DNA from: an uncultured Bacteriovoracaceae bacterium
Lineage (GTDB): Bacteria; Bdellovibrionota; UBA2428
Reading direction: 5' to 3'
DNA: 64,000 bases
NCBI GenBank assembly: GCA_937952285.1
Contig: CALFZE010000124.1
Location: 36,649 to 100,648, forward strand
Every line of letters begins with the position of its first letter. The stretch's first letter is position 1. Below the pieces are notes generated by a model. That model searched no databases and had not been told where the DNA came from. It was given only the letters and a program-made list of their open reading frames with translations. Below are positions 17,359 through 26,747 of the stretch, piece by piece. The translations under genes and the position numbers were made by a program.

Positions 17359-17949
17359 TCAGAGCGCGAACTGACAGATCTTAAGCGTGCCTCGATCCGA
17401 AAAGGCGACGACCCCGGCGCTGGAATCCATCTCCCGAATTGCGTACAGACTCTCACGCAAACGTCCGGCGGCCTTGGCCGACCCGGCGAGCGCCGGAGGC
17501 GCTTCGCCGCGCGAGTAATACGCATTTTCAAGATCGCTGATCTGACCAACCAACGTATCGACGAGACCCATAAGGCTTTCTTGCCAGTTCTTCTCGGTCC
17601 AACCGTTCGTCAGCGTCATCCCGGCTCCGCAGACCTCTTTGATATCCTGCAAAGTCCGCTCCATGGCGCCTCGCTTGGCGGCGACCAACGCGATGATTTG
17701 GCTTTCGATCGACTCGCCGCCGATGACCTTGTCCGCTTTCTGGATGAGGGCATCCAGGCCGCGGTCGCCGCCCCCCGCGCCGACGTCGCCGGGATTCTTG
17801 TCCGCGCTCAACCTCGCCCGCTTGACCCGTGTCTTCTCCGCCGAAGCCGGAAGACGGGACGGGCCCGCGGAAGCGCTTGCGCAGGCGCCGAGGCCCAGGA
17901 ACGCCCCGAGCACGAGACCCATGGCCGTGATTTTGGATTTTTTCTTCAT
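17359..17949 (-). CDS. Lipoprotein of unknown function (196 aa)
   Basis: Real start at the internal MKKKSKITAMGLVLGAFLGLGAC (lipobox LGAC), with SD AAGGAG. The upstream portion of the 459-aa track ORF is an Arg-rich antisense artefact. The ATGA overlap with the upstream gene indicates coupling. Confidence 0.6.
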   Translation of the reverse strand: MKKKSKITAMGLVLGAFLGLGACASASAGPSRLPASAEKTRVKRARLSADKNPGDVGAGGGDRGLDALIQKADKVIGGESIESQIIALVAAKRGAMERTLQDIKEVCGAGMTLTNGWTEKNWQESLMGLVDTLVGQISDLENAYYSRGEAPPALAGSAKAAGRLRESLYAIREMDSSAGVVAFSDRGTLKICQFAL

Positions 17950-18773
17950 GTTTTCTCCTTTTCTTTCACCGACGCATCGTCGGCGATTCTGAACAACTGA
18001 ATGGAAAGCGCATAAACCTGCTTTGCTTTCGGGTCGTCGAGCGACTCCGCGGTTTCCCGACGAAAGCGACGTATCTTCTCGCGCGCCTTCGTCATTTCCT
18101 TCGGATCGAAGAGGAAGACCGTGCTCGTATGGTCGCGCTCCTCGAAAGCGTCTTGGGCAAGCGAACGTTGCGCCGCCGAAAGAATCTGCGCCTGGTAGTT
18201 CCGTAAGGCCGACGACGGCACGCTGCCGGGAGCGAGCAGTACGTCCGAGGCACGCCACCGGCCGGCCTCGTCCTTCCAGATGAGCTCGAGCCGCTTGAGC
18301 CGCTCCCAGCTTTCCTCCACGACGGAGCGGGCCAACCCGAAGCTCCGCGCCAACTTGCCGAAGTCGAGTCGAAAACCCTCCGAACGCACGAGCTCGCGCA
18401 AGGCGAGGTGCTGCCAGTCCGAGATGATCCGGAACGCGTCGAGCGAAAGACGATGCTGGGAAAGGTGCCGGCGCTGCTCGATGCGCGCGCGGGCCATGGC
18501 TTTCTGCGTCGCGCTTCGCGCGTGTTCGCTGTCGACGAGATCGCAGAAATATTCGCCCTCGCTGCCGACCCAACCCAAGCGACGGGAGATCGCCTCGGCC
18601 TTCGTTCGCGATAAGCCTTCGCGACCGCTCAAGATCGAAGACAGGCGTCCCGGGTGCAGCGCAAGATCGCGCGAGAAAGCCCGCAGCGAATAGCGAGGAT
18701 TCGCCGCCATTCGACCACGCAGCTCTTCGCGCAACCAATCGCGGTAGGACGCGACGGCATCGACTTTGCCCAT
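17946..18773 (-). CDS. HTH-domain protein of unknown function (TIGR02147-like family)
   Basis: 275 aa. The N-terminal region resembles a winged-helix/HTH. Normal amino-acid composition, and it overlaps the downstream lipoprotein start by ATGA. The family name is a tentative recollection. Confidence 0.5.
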   Translation of the reverse strand: MGKVDAVASYRDWLREELRGRMAANPRYSLRAFSRDLALHPGRLSSILSGREGLSRTKAEAISRRLGWVGSEGEYFCDLVDSEHARSATQKAMARARIEQRRHLSQHRLSLDAFRIISDWQHLALRELVRSEGFRLDFGKLARSFGLARSVVEESWERLKRLELIWKDEAGRWRASDVLLAPGSVPSSALRNYQAQILSAAQRSLAQDAFEERDHTSTVFLFDPKEMTKAREKIRRFRRETAESLDDPKAKQVYALSIQLFRIADDASVKEKEKT

Positions 18774-18893
18774 GAAATTCCCCCTCGGGGCATTAAAGCG
18801 CAGGATCCCGGAGGCGGGTAGAACTCACGCTACAAAGTGTTGCGCGAGATCGCGTGAGCGCACGCGCGCGCAAAGATTTGCTAGACTAATACG

Positions 18894-19547
18894 ATGAGCC
18901 TCACGCGGAAAACACTGCTCCTTGGCGCCGTTCTTTCGTCCTCGGCCTACGCCCAAGACTATCCCTACGACGACGAACCCTCGGGTGAAGCCCCCCTTCC
19001 GCCGGAGGGACCGACGGAAACGCCGACGCCCGCCCCCGCGCTGCCCACCGAAGGCCCCGGTCGCGCGTCGCCCAAACGCACCCGTCAGCCCTCGCTCTTT
19101 CGCGTCGCCCTCAAGGCGGGCGCAAACTTCGCCGTCCTCAGCAGCGCCGCCGCGGGAAGCCATTCGGGCATGGGCATCGAAGGCGTCGTCGCGATGGGGT
19201 GGGATCTCGCATACCAGCCGATATTCCTGGAGCTCGAGTTCGGGTACCGCAGCCACTTCATGGGCGACGACCCGCTCCACATCGTTCCGATCCGCTTCGG
19301 AACCTTCTACCGAAAACGGATGGCGCGGACCCGACTCTGGAAGCCGGGAGTCGCGGTTTCCTTCGACGCGCGCATGGAAGCTTCGGCGAACGGATCCGGC
19401 TCGGATCTGAACTTCCTGCCCGCGCTTCATCTGAGCAACCAATTCGAGTTCGGTAACTTCCTCGCGGAACCCGTCGTGAGTCTCTACCGTCTCGGCTCGA
19501 CGGGTAACTCGATCGCGGCCGCGTTCCGGCTCGGTTACCGTTACTGA
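18894..19547 (+). CDS. Outer-membrane beta-barrel protein (OmpA-like beta-barrel / OMP_b-brl family)
   Basis: Signal peptide LLLGAVLSSSAYAQ, Pro-rich linker, alternating-hydrophobic strands, C-terminal FRLGYRY aromatic end. Confidence 0.65.
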   Translation: MSLTRKTLLLGAVLSSSAYAQDYPYDDEPSGEAPLPPEGPTETPTPAPALPTEGPGRASPKRTRQPSLFRVALKAGANFAVLSSAAAGSHSGMGIEGVVAMGWDLAYQPIFLELEFGYRSHFMGDDPLHIVPIRFGTFYRKRMARTRLWKPGVAVSFDARMEASANGSGSDLNFLPALHLSNQFEFGNFLAEPVVSLYRLGSTGNSIAAAFRLGYRY

Positions 19548-19584
19548 TCCGCGTCACCGAACACGAGGTACGTAGGCAAAGTTC

Positions 19585-22551
19585 GTGCGGGGCGACTATA
19601 TTCGCCCGATGCCGTCGACATTCCTCCCGCGTTACCTCTTCCGAATTTTCCTCGGCGCGGGCGGGGGCTTCTTCGTGCCGACGGCCGCCGCCATCACCTC
19701 GGGCAGCGAATCGGTCGACGCCATTTCGGGAGGAAGCTACCGCACCTTTCGACTCCCTTCGCATCACTTGCATTTCGACGTCGAGCTCGAGCGCCTCGCC
19801 CGGTCGCTCGCGCCCCGCTTCGAGAACTACCTCGACGGGCTCCAGTCGAGGCTGAAGTTCCGTTTGAAGCGGCCGATGCCCGTCTTCTTGGTGAAACGCG
19901 GATTCGGCAACGCCTTCGTCACGTTTCCTTCGGCGGCCTCGCCTTCTTTCTCGGTCCTTTCGCCTCGGCTCACGGCGGCCGAGCTCGGCTCGCCCACTTT
20001 CCTCTACGCCGGCGACGACGAAGGCGTTTTCGACACTTTCCGACACGAAGCCATGCATTACGTGGAAGAAGACCAGCGACGGAGCTTCTGGTCCGCGCTC
20101 ATGGGCGACGCGCCTTACTCCCTCCCTTCGGGTACGGCTTGGGCCGCCGAAGCCTGGGCGGTCGTCCACGAGAAGCCCTCGAACCCCTACTCCGGACGCA
20201 TGAAAGAATCCTACTTCGGAGCGCTCATGCGCGCGAACGTGTCCGGACGCGCGACGCCCGCCCCGACCGAGTGGGACCTCAGCGCGAACAATCCGGATTG
20301 GCGACTGCTCGGCAGCCACTACGTCGTGGGCTCGAACTTCTTCGCCTTCCTGGCGCGCACGCACGGCCTCGCGAAAGTGGACGATTTTATGATCCACCGA
20401 AACGGCTTCTCGGCGAGCTCCGCCTACGAAAAAAGCTTCGGCAAAGACTTCGAGGCGCTTTACGGAGAGTTCCGACGCGAAACCGCCGACGAAGTCCGTC
20501 GTCAAAGCGCCTCGGGGGCGGCCGTCGTTTTTGACGACGACATCGGGCGCATCAACGCGTTAGGTACCACCCTGAACGGCGAAAAAATCTTCGTCGGAAG
20601 CTCGCTCGACCGAACGCCGCGCCTCTACCGGGTTTCGGCCGACGGCAAACGCGACTTGGGCTCCGCCGCGCTCTTCGAATGGATCGCTCCGTTGGGCGGT
20701 CGCCTCGCCTTCGCCCCTTGGCAATGGTCCGAGGCCCGCGTCCCGGGCGCGCTGGATTTCTTTTCGGCGGAAAGCAACGCCGAGGGCAACGAAAGCCGGC
20801 CCGGCCTCTATCGCTACCATCTCGAAGCGGGAACGCGTCGTAGGCTCCGCGGCCTGCCCCTCGCGCGTGCCGCCGTCTCGCGTGGCGACCGGGCGGGATA
20901 CTACGCTCTCGTTCAGTCGGACCCGAACGAGAATCGCTTCCGCCTGGAAGAAGGCCCCCTCGACGAAGACGGCCCGACCCGCGTGCTTTCCGAGTGGTCG
21001 GAGTTCTCCAGCGTTTCGCAGCTGCGCCAGCACCCGGAGTCCGGCGCGCTCTACTTCGCCGCCATCCGACCGGAAGGCAGTTGGGGAATCTACCGGATCG
21101 ACGCGAATCCGAACGCGACGCCGCAGCCGCTCGTCGACACGCGAGGCCAGGATCTCTTTCCGCTCGTCGATCGGGCGGGCAACGTCTTCTTTCTTTCCGA
21201 CCTGAACGGACGGAGTTTTCAGGTCTACCGCTTGGACGGCGAACGGGTTTGCCGTCTGAGCGACGAGCCGTTCTTCGTGTCGAGCTTCGGATGGGGCGCG
21301 AACGAGCGCGAGCTCTTGGCCGTGAGCCGCCGAGGCCCGAGCGAAGTCCTCGTCTCGCTTTCGACCGAAGCGCGGAACTGCGTTTCCATGGCCGAGGTCG
21401 CGGCCGCGTCGACGAGTGTTCCCTCCTTCCGGAGCACCACGGTCGCGGCGACCGAAGAATCCGCTTGGCAAGGGCTTTGGCCGGCGACCCGCGCCCTGCT
21501 CCCCCGCTACACCCGCAGCGGCGACTTCGGAGTCCAGGCGCTCCTGTCCGGCGAGTCTCCCTACAAAGACTGGTCTTGGACTCTGCTCGGCGACTGGGAA
21601 GCCACCGACGAGAACACCCATATTCTCGGGGGAACGATCGGATGGCACGCTTTCTTTCCCGTCGTTTCGCGCCTCCGGGTCGAAGCGAGCCCGCTCGCGC
21701 TCGGCTACGCGTTCGTGCCCGACGCGCGCTTCTTGAACGCGAGCCTCGAGTTGCAGCGCGAACTCGGCCATCATCTTTTCCGGGGCCGCGCGGTCGCGAC
21801 GACCCAAACGGACGATGCCGCTTCGGATCCCGACCCCTACGGGTCGGCCACGGAGATCGGCGTGGCCCACTCCTTCTCGAACACCCAGCAGTCCGCGCTG
21901 GCCGCGGCTCCCCAAAGGGGTTGGTCGCTTTCGACGGCGTTCGAGGTCAATCCGAGTTACTTCGGCCAGGCGTCCACGCGAGCCGTCCTTTCGGCCCGAC
22001 AAACTTTTCATCTGCCGATCGAATCGTTCGCGCGCAATCACTCCCTGAGCCTGAGCCTCTCCGAGACGAAAGCGTTCAACGGTCTCCTGCGGGTTCAAGG
22101 TATCGGCGGCGGCAACGGCTTCGACTACGAGATCGAGTCCGCCGTCGCGCAGGGCTACGGTTTCGGCCGTCTCGTGGGCGCCGGAGAAACCCTTTTCGCC
22201 TATCCCGATTTCCGCATGACGGCCAATCTCATCTTGAGGGGGACGCTCGCCTACGTCATCCCGTTGAACTTCCTGCGAAGCGGCCTCTCGCAAGTCGCGG
22301 GAAGGCGCTGGCTCAACCCCGAGACCTCCGCGATGAACGTCTCGTTTTTCTACGACACGACCGTCGCCCGGGACGGTGACATCGACGTTACGGAGCAGCG
22401 GGGCAGCGTCGGCATCCGAAGCGACTGGTCTCTCTGGTTGAACGAGAACCAAAGCACGGGGATCTCGGCCAGCTACATCGGCGCTTTCGAGCTTCAGGAC
22501 GAACGCGCCCTGCGCCACACTTTCGCGACGAGCGCACGGATCTACTACTGA
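19585..22551 (+). CDS. Large secreted multi-domain protein: HExxH metallopeptidase-like N-region, TolB-like beta-propeller, C-terminal beta-barrel-like domain
   Basis: HEAMHYVEE motif. PD40-like repeats (RLYRVSADGKRDL, ALYFAAIRPEGSWGIYRID, FFLSDLNGRSFQVYRLDG). C-terminal RIYY. 988 aa, 37 nt downstream of the OMP gene. Confidence 0.55.
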   Translation: MRGDYIRPMPSTFLPRYLFRIFLGAGGGFFVPTAAAITSGSESVDAISGGSYRTFRLPSHHLHFDVELERLARSLAPRFENYLDGLQSRLKFRLKRPMPVFLVKRGFGNAFVTFPSAASPSFSVLSPRLTAAELGSPTFLYAGDDEGVFDTFRHEAMHYVEEDQRRSFWSALMGDAPYSLPSGTAWAAEAWAVVHEKPSNPYSGRMKESYFGALMRANVSGRATPAPTEWDLSANNPDWRLLGSHYVVGSNFFAFLARTHGLAKVDDFMIHRNGFSASSAYEKSFGKDFEALYGEFRRETADEVRRQSASGAAVVFDDDIGRINALGTTLNGEKIFVGSSLDRTPRLYRVSADGKRDLGSAALFEWIAPLGGRLAFAPWQWSEARVPGALDFFSAESNAEGNESRPGLYRYHLEAGTRRRLRGLPLARAAVSRGDRAGYYALVQSDPNENRFRLEEGPLDEDGPTRVLSEWSEFSSVSQLRQHPESGALYFAAIRPEGSWGIYRIDANPNATPQPLVDTRGQDLFPLVDRAGNVFFLSDLNGRSFQVYRLDGERVCRLSDEPFFVSSFGWGANERELLAVSRRGPSEVLVSLSTEARNCVSMAEVAAASTSVPSFRSTTVAATEESAWQGLWPATRALLPRYTRSGDFGVQALLSGESPYKDWSWTLLGDWEATDENTHILGGTIGWHAFFPVVSRLRVEASPLALGYAFVPDARFLNASLELQRELGHHLFRGRAVATTQTDDAASDPDPYGSATEIGVAHSFSNTQQSALAAAPQRGWSLSTAFEVNPSYFGQASTRAVLSARQTFHLPIESFARNHSLSLSLSETKAFNGLLRVQGIGGGNGFDYEIESAVAQGYGFGRLVGAGETLFAYPDFRMTANLILRGTLAYVIPLNFLRSGLSQVAGRRWLNPETSAMNVSFFYDTTVARDGDIDVTEQRGSVGIRSDWSLWLNENQSTGISASYIGAFELQDERALRHTFATSARIYY

Positions 22552-22553
22552 CC

Positions 22554-22976
22554 CTAGACCGGGCGCATGACTTTGGCGCCCATCTTCCGTTCGCGGTCGA
22601 TGAGTTCCAGAAGCCGGCCCACGGTCACCCGAAAGCGATTGGGGGTGTAGGGCCGCTGCAGCACGGCGAGGGCGCCCAACGAAAGCGCGCGATTTTCGAC
22701 CTCGTTCGCCATCATTCCCTGGTATCGGTGCGAAAGCACGACGCGCGCCGCGGGCTCGAGCTCCTTCAACTTCGTCAGACAGTAAAGTCCGTCGCGTTTT
22801 GGCAGCTGCAGTTCGACGAAGACGAAGTCGGGCCTCAACTTCTGCCAGGCGCTCATCCATCCCGAACCCGCCCGGGCCCACTCCACGACCTGGATGCCAT
22901 TCGCTTCCAGATTCGCGCGGAGTTCGGAGGCGTTTTCCTCGTAGTAATCCACGATCATAGCCGTGCAGGTCGCCAT
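22554..22976 (-). CDS. Atypical single-domain response-regulator receiver (pseudo-receiver: D13Y, D57E, K109R by CheY numbering)
   Basis: Aligns to CheY: MIVDYYEEN (beta1), FVFVELQLPKRDG (beta3, Asp57 replaced by Glu), VLSH (beta4), VLQRPY (beta5). Start taken at MATCTAM. Confidence 0.6.
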   Translation of the reverse strand: MATCTAMIVDYYEENASELRANLEANGIQVVEWARAGSGWMSAWQKLRPDFVFVELQLPKRDGLYCLTKLKELEPAARVVLSHRYQGMMANEVENRALSLGALAVLQRPYTPNRFRVTVGRLLELIDRERKMGAKVMRPV

Positions 22977-22998
22977 GGACTCAGTGTAACATGCTCCC

Positions 22999-24693
22999 GT
23001 GCCTTCACCCCGCTTCTTCGCGCGCGCGTCGGTCTTCAAGCTGCTCCCGGCCCTCTTGGTCGGGCTGATCCCGTTCGACCTCCTTGACCAGGCTCTGCTC
23101 TCCCGCCTCTACCGCATTCGAGGCGAACGACCGGGCCCGGCGGCCATCAAAGTCGTGCTCGTTCGCGACCCCGAGGAGATGTCGGATTTCCTGCGCGTCG
23201 TGCGGCCGCTCACGGATCTGCCCTGCATCAACTTGAGCCGGTGGAATCCGGGCGAACGTTCCTGTCTCTTTTTGCCGGTCGAGGAGATCTCGCGCCCTCG
23301 GGAGATCTTCACGTTCGCGCCCAGCCTCGCGCGCTTTCTGGGGCGGGAAGTCCCGCCTCCCTTCCACGCCGACGGCGGGATTCAACCGCTCTACTACGGG
23401 AACATTGCCGTCTTCCGGCCCCTGACCGTCCCGGAAGCCATCGCTTCGGTCAAATCGCTCTTCGGTCCCGGCGACATCCTGGTCTTCGCGCCGACGAGTC
23501 CCGTCCCCACGATCCCCGCCGAAACGCCGGCCGGAAGCCTGAACCAAGTCGAGATCGCCTTGAACATGGTGGGCAACGCTTTCGAAGAGCGCTCCCTCGC
23601 TTCGACGTCGCGCACCCTCCAGGTCATGCACTCGGCCGCGGCCTCGGCGCTCGTCGCCTGGATCCTGTACTCCTATCCGATCGTCCTGACGGCGGTGCTC
23701 ACCCTCTTGCTCGGCCTGGTCCAGCTCATCCTCGCGCTCGTCGTCTTCGATACGCTCGACGTCCAACTGCTCGCCGTCGCGCCGCTCGTGGCGATGCTCA
23801 CGGCCTACCTCCTCGGCCTGAGCGATCGGCTCAACAGCCGTGAACGCGAAGCCTGGTCCCTGGAACAGCGATCCGAGAGCCTGCGCGAGCTCGACGAGAT
23901 GAAATCCAATTTTCTCTCCCTCATTTCCCACGACCTCAAGACGCCCATCGCCAAGATGCAGGCCATGCTCGAACGCATGGCCCACGGCGAACTCGGGTCG
24001 CTCACCCCGACGCAGAACGAAACGCTCTCCCGCATCCTCTCGGCGAACGGGCACCTCCAACGAACGATCTCGACGCTGCTGCTGCTCAACCGCATCGAGA
24101 CGGGCCAGTTTCAGATCCGGCGGGAACCCACCGACCTTCTCGAGCTGATCGACGAAACCACGAAGGCGCACCAAGGTCCCGCGCAGGATCGCAACATCCG
24201 CATCGAGAAGGAGCTCGAGCCGCTCTTCCTGGCCGAGGTCGATCGCGGCCTCATCCGCGAAGTCATCAACAACCTCCTGGACAACGCGCTGAAGTACTCG
24301 CCCGCCGCCTCCGTCATTTCGGTCCGCTGCGGAGAGCTCGACAACTCGCCCGACCTTTCCCCGCCGCAACCGGCCATCTGGATCGAGATCCAAGACCGCG
24401 GCACGGGTATCCCGCCGCAGGACCGCGAACGCGTCCGGCAGAAGTTCGTGCGGGGCTCGAACGAAAACACGGCCGCGGACCAATCCGTCAAAGGCACCGG
24501 CCTCGGACTCTTCCTGAGCGGCTTCTTCGTCGAGAAACACGCGGGCCACATGCGCATCGTCTCGCGGACGCGCGGAGAGCCCTACGACCCGGGCTCGCCG
24601 GCCGCCCAGTACTTCGCCGAGGACGAGTCCGGTACCGTGGTGCGGATCAGCCTTCCCGTCGACGAAAGCTTCCTGACGCCCGAAGCCACGTAA
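22999..24693 (+). CDS. Sensor histidine kinase with N-terminal extracytoplasmic sensor domain and multi-TM region
   Basis: H-box SLISHDLKTPIAKM. HATPase_c N, G1 and G2 boxes (NNLLDNALKYS, DRGTGIP, GTGLGL). 564 aa. Confidence 0.8.
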   Translation: MPSPRFFARASVFKLLPALLVGLIPFDLLDQALLSRLYRIRGERPGPAAIKVVLVRDPEEMSDFLRVVRPLTDLPCINLSRWNPGERSCLFLPVEEISRPREIFTFAPSLARFLGREVPPPFHADGGIQPLYYGNIAVFRPLTVPEAIASVKSLFGPGDILVFAPTSPVPTIPAETPAGSLNQVEIALNMVGNAFEERSLASTSRTLQVMHSAAASALVAWILYSYPIVLTAVLTLLLGLVQLILALVVFDTLDVQLLAVAPLVAMLTAYLLGLSDRLNSREREAWSLEQRSESLRELDEMKSNFLSLISHDLKTPIAKMQAMLERMAHGELGSLTPTQNETLSRILSANGHLQRTISTLLLLNRIETGQFQIRREPTDLLELIDETTKAHQGPAQDRNIRIEKELEPLFLAEVDRGLIREVINNLLDNALKYSPAASVISVRCGELDNSPDLSPPQPAIWIEIQDRGTGIPPQDRERVRQKFVRGSNENTAADQSVKGTGLGLFLSGFFVEKHAGHMRIVSRTRGEPYDPGSPAAQYFAEDESGTVVRISLPVDESFLTPEAT

Positions 24694-24779
24694 AATCCTT
24701 CGGATCCCTGGACCCGATCCACGCCTGAAATTCGAGGAATCCTGACGGCGGACTCGCGAGGTCCTGCTAAGATGAACGC

Positions 24780-26252
24780 ATGAGTTCCGATCCCCTCCGC
24801 ATCCTCATCGCCGACGACGAAGCCGATCTTCGGCTCGGCATCCGCTCGCAACTGACGCCCCGAGGTTTTCAGATCGACGAAGCCGCCGACGGCGAAACGG
24901 CCTGGCAGATGATCCAAGCGAATTCCTACGACCTCGTGCTGCTCGACGTCCGGATGCCGGTCCTCGACGGGTTGACCGTGCTCAAGCGCATCCGCGACGA
25001 TCGCTCGACGACGACCGTCGCCGTCATCACGGCGCACGCGAACCTCAAGGACGCCGTCCAGGCCATCCACGACGGCGCTTTCGACTACATCGAGAAGCCG
25101 CTCAAGCGCGAGCGCCTCGACGAGCTCGTCGACAAGGCCCTCGAGGCACGCAGCCTCATCGCCCAGATCGCTTTCTCCCGCCCGCGCGAAGCCGCGGCCG
25201 CGCCCGAGGCAACGGCGGAGACGAGCCCGGATCCGCGCCAGGACTTCATCGGCCATTCCCACCCGATGCAGCGGATCTTCAAGCTCATCGAGCGCCTCGC
25301 GAACGTGAACACGAGCGTCTTGATCCGCGGCGAGAACGGCACGGGCAAGGAGCTCGTCGCCAAGGCGATCCACTTCAATTCTCCGCGCAAGCATCGCCCC
25401 TTCGTCGCCGTGAACTGCGGCGCGATCCCCGAGGATCTCATGGAGAGCGAGTTCTTCGGGCACGAGAAAGGGGCCTTCACGGGCGCCCACACGCGCAAGA
25501 TCGGGAAGTTCCAGTTCGCCTCGGGCGGGACCCTTTTTCTCGACGAGGTGGGCGACCTGCCGCTGCCCATGCAGGTCAAGCTCCTGCGCGTCCTCCAGGA
25601 ACAGAAGATCACTCCCGTCGGCTCGAACCGCGAAATGAAAGTCGACGTCCGCATCGTCGCCGCGACGAACCGCGACCTCGAAAAGATGATGGAGACGAGT
25701 CGCTTCCGGAATGACCTCTTCTACCGGCTCAACGTCATGCCCGTGTTCCTGCCGCCCCTGCGCGAACGCACGGACGACCTGCCCTACCTCGTTCCCCATT
25801 TCATCCAGAAGTTCAACGCGAAGCACGGCCGCAACGTGCGGGGGATCACGGCCGACGCGCTCGCCAAACTCAAGACCTACGACTGGCCGGGCAACATTCG
25901 CGAGCTCGAGAACGCGATCGAGCACGCCTTCGTCGTGGAAACGGGCGACGAGCTGACCTACGAAAGCTTTCCGGGCCACATCTCCGAAGCGCTGCTCGAC
26001 AAGGAAGAAGGCTGGTCGCTCCCGGGCTCGACCGGTAGCGGCGGCGCGAGCGGCACGATCCGGGCCGAGGTCGCGCTTTCGCTGAACTACCACGAAGACA
26101 AGGAACGCTTCGAACGCGAGTTCATCATCCAGGCCCTGCGCTCGAACGGCGGCCGGATCAACCAGACGTGCGAACATGCGGGCATCCCCAAGAACACGCT
26201 GCTGCGCAAGATGAAGAAGTACGGCATCAACGCCAAGGATTACGAGTCATGA
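24780..26252 (+). CDS. Sigma-54-dependent response regulator (NtrC family: REC + AAA+ + Fis-type HTH)
   Basis: REC with DLVLLDVRMP. GENGTGKELVAKAIH Walker A. GAFTGA motif. ESFPGHIS...LRKMKKYGI C-terminal HTH. Confidence 0.9.
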   Translation: MSSDPLRILIADDEADLRLGIRSQLTPRGFQIDEAADGETAWQMIQANSYDLVLLDVRMPVLDGLTVLKRIRDDRSTTTVAVITAHANLKDAVQAIHDGAFDYIEKPLKRERLDELVDKALEARSLIAQIAFSRPREAAAAPEATAETSPDPRQDFIGHSHPMQRIFKLIERLANVNTSVLIRGENGTGKELVAKAIHFNSPRKHRPFVAVNCGAIPEDLMESEFFGHEKGAFTGAHTRKIGKFQFASGGTLFLDEVGDLPLPMQVKLLRVLQEQKITPVGSNREMKVDVRIVAATNRDLEKMMETSRFRNDLFYRLNVMPVFLPPLRERTDDLPYLVPHFIQKFNAKHGRNVRGITADALAKLKTYDWPGNIRELENAIEHAFVVETGDELTYESFPGHISEALLDKEEGWSLPGSTGSGGASGTIRAEVALSLNYHEDKERFEREFIIQALRSNGGRINQTCEHAGIPKNTLLRKMKKYGINAKDYES

Positions 26253-26683
26253 TCCATCGCTTCTTCTCGAAGTCGGCGCTCCCGCCCCTTTCCCAGCAAC
26301 TCGCCCAAACGCCGATCTCGAAGTTCATGACCCGCAATCCCTACAGCGTGATGAAGACGACGCCGGTCGGGATCGCGATCCAAACGATGTTGACCCATGG
26401 CATCAGCGGCCTTCCCGTCGTCGACGTCTCCCAGGTCTGCATCGGCCTCTACACCGAGCTCGACGCCATGATCCAGGCCGCCAGCCAACCGCTCGACGCG
26501 CCGATCCGCTTTCGAAGCCCGGCGATTTCGGTTCAATCGGACTTCACCTTCAAGGAAGTCCTGCTCGTCATGGCCCGTCGCAAGTTGCGCCGGGTTCCGG
26601 TCGTCGACGACCGCAAGCGCCTCCTCGGCATCGTCGCGCGACGGGACATGCTCAAAGCCTTCATGGACGACGTTCAGCGTTGA
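26249..26683 (+). CDS. CBS-domain pair protein
   Basis: Two CBS motifs. The start ATG overlaps the NtrC-type gene stop (ATGA). Confidence 0.7.
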   Translation: MIHRFFSKSALPPLSQQLAQTPISKFMTRNPYSVMKTTPVGIAIQTMLTHGISGLPVVDVSQVCIGLYTELDAMIQAASQPLDAPIRFRSPAISVQSDFTFKEVLLVMARRKLRRVPVVDDRKRLLGIVARRDMLKAFMDDVQR

Positions 26684-26747
26684 GCCTTTCGCGCCCGACC
26701 CACGGGCGCGGCTTGCCGCCAAGGGACGGGGGTTCTAGGTTCGACCT

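Noticed and set aside
17950-18738. N-terminal 263 aa of the 459-aa minus-strand ORF 17359..18738
   Set aside because: Arg/Ala-rich. It overlaps, out of frame, a well-formed HTH-protein gene. The real gene starts at the internal MKKKSK with an SD and lipobox.
20560-22881. 773-aa ORF on the minus strand
   Set aside because: Antisense to the 988-aa secreted protein gene, with Arg-rich low-complexity composition.
22999-24693. CHASE2 assignment for the kinase sensor domain
   Set aside because: Topology (TM, extracytoplasmic domain, 3 TM) is compatible, but I cannot verify CHASE2 signature residues from memory. It is kept as a generic sensor domain.
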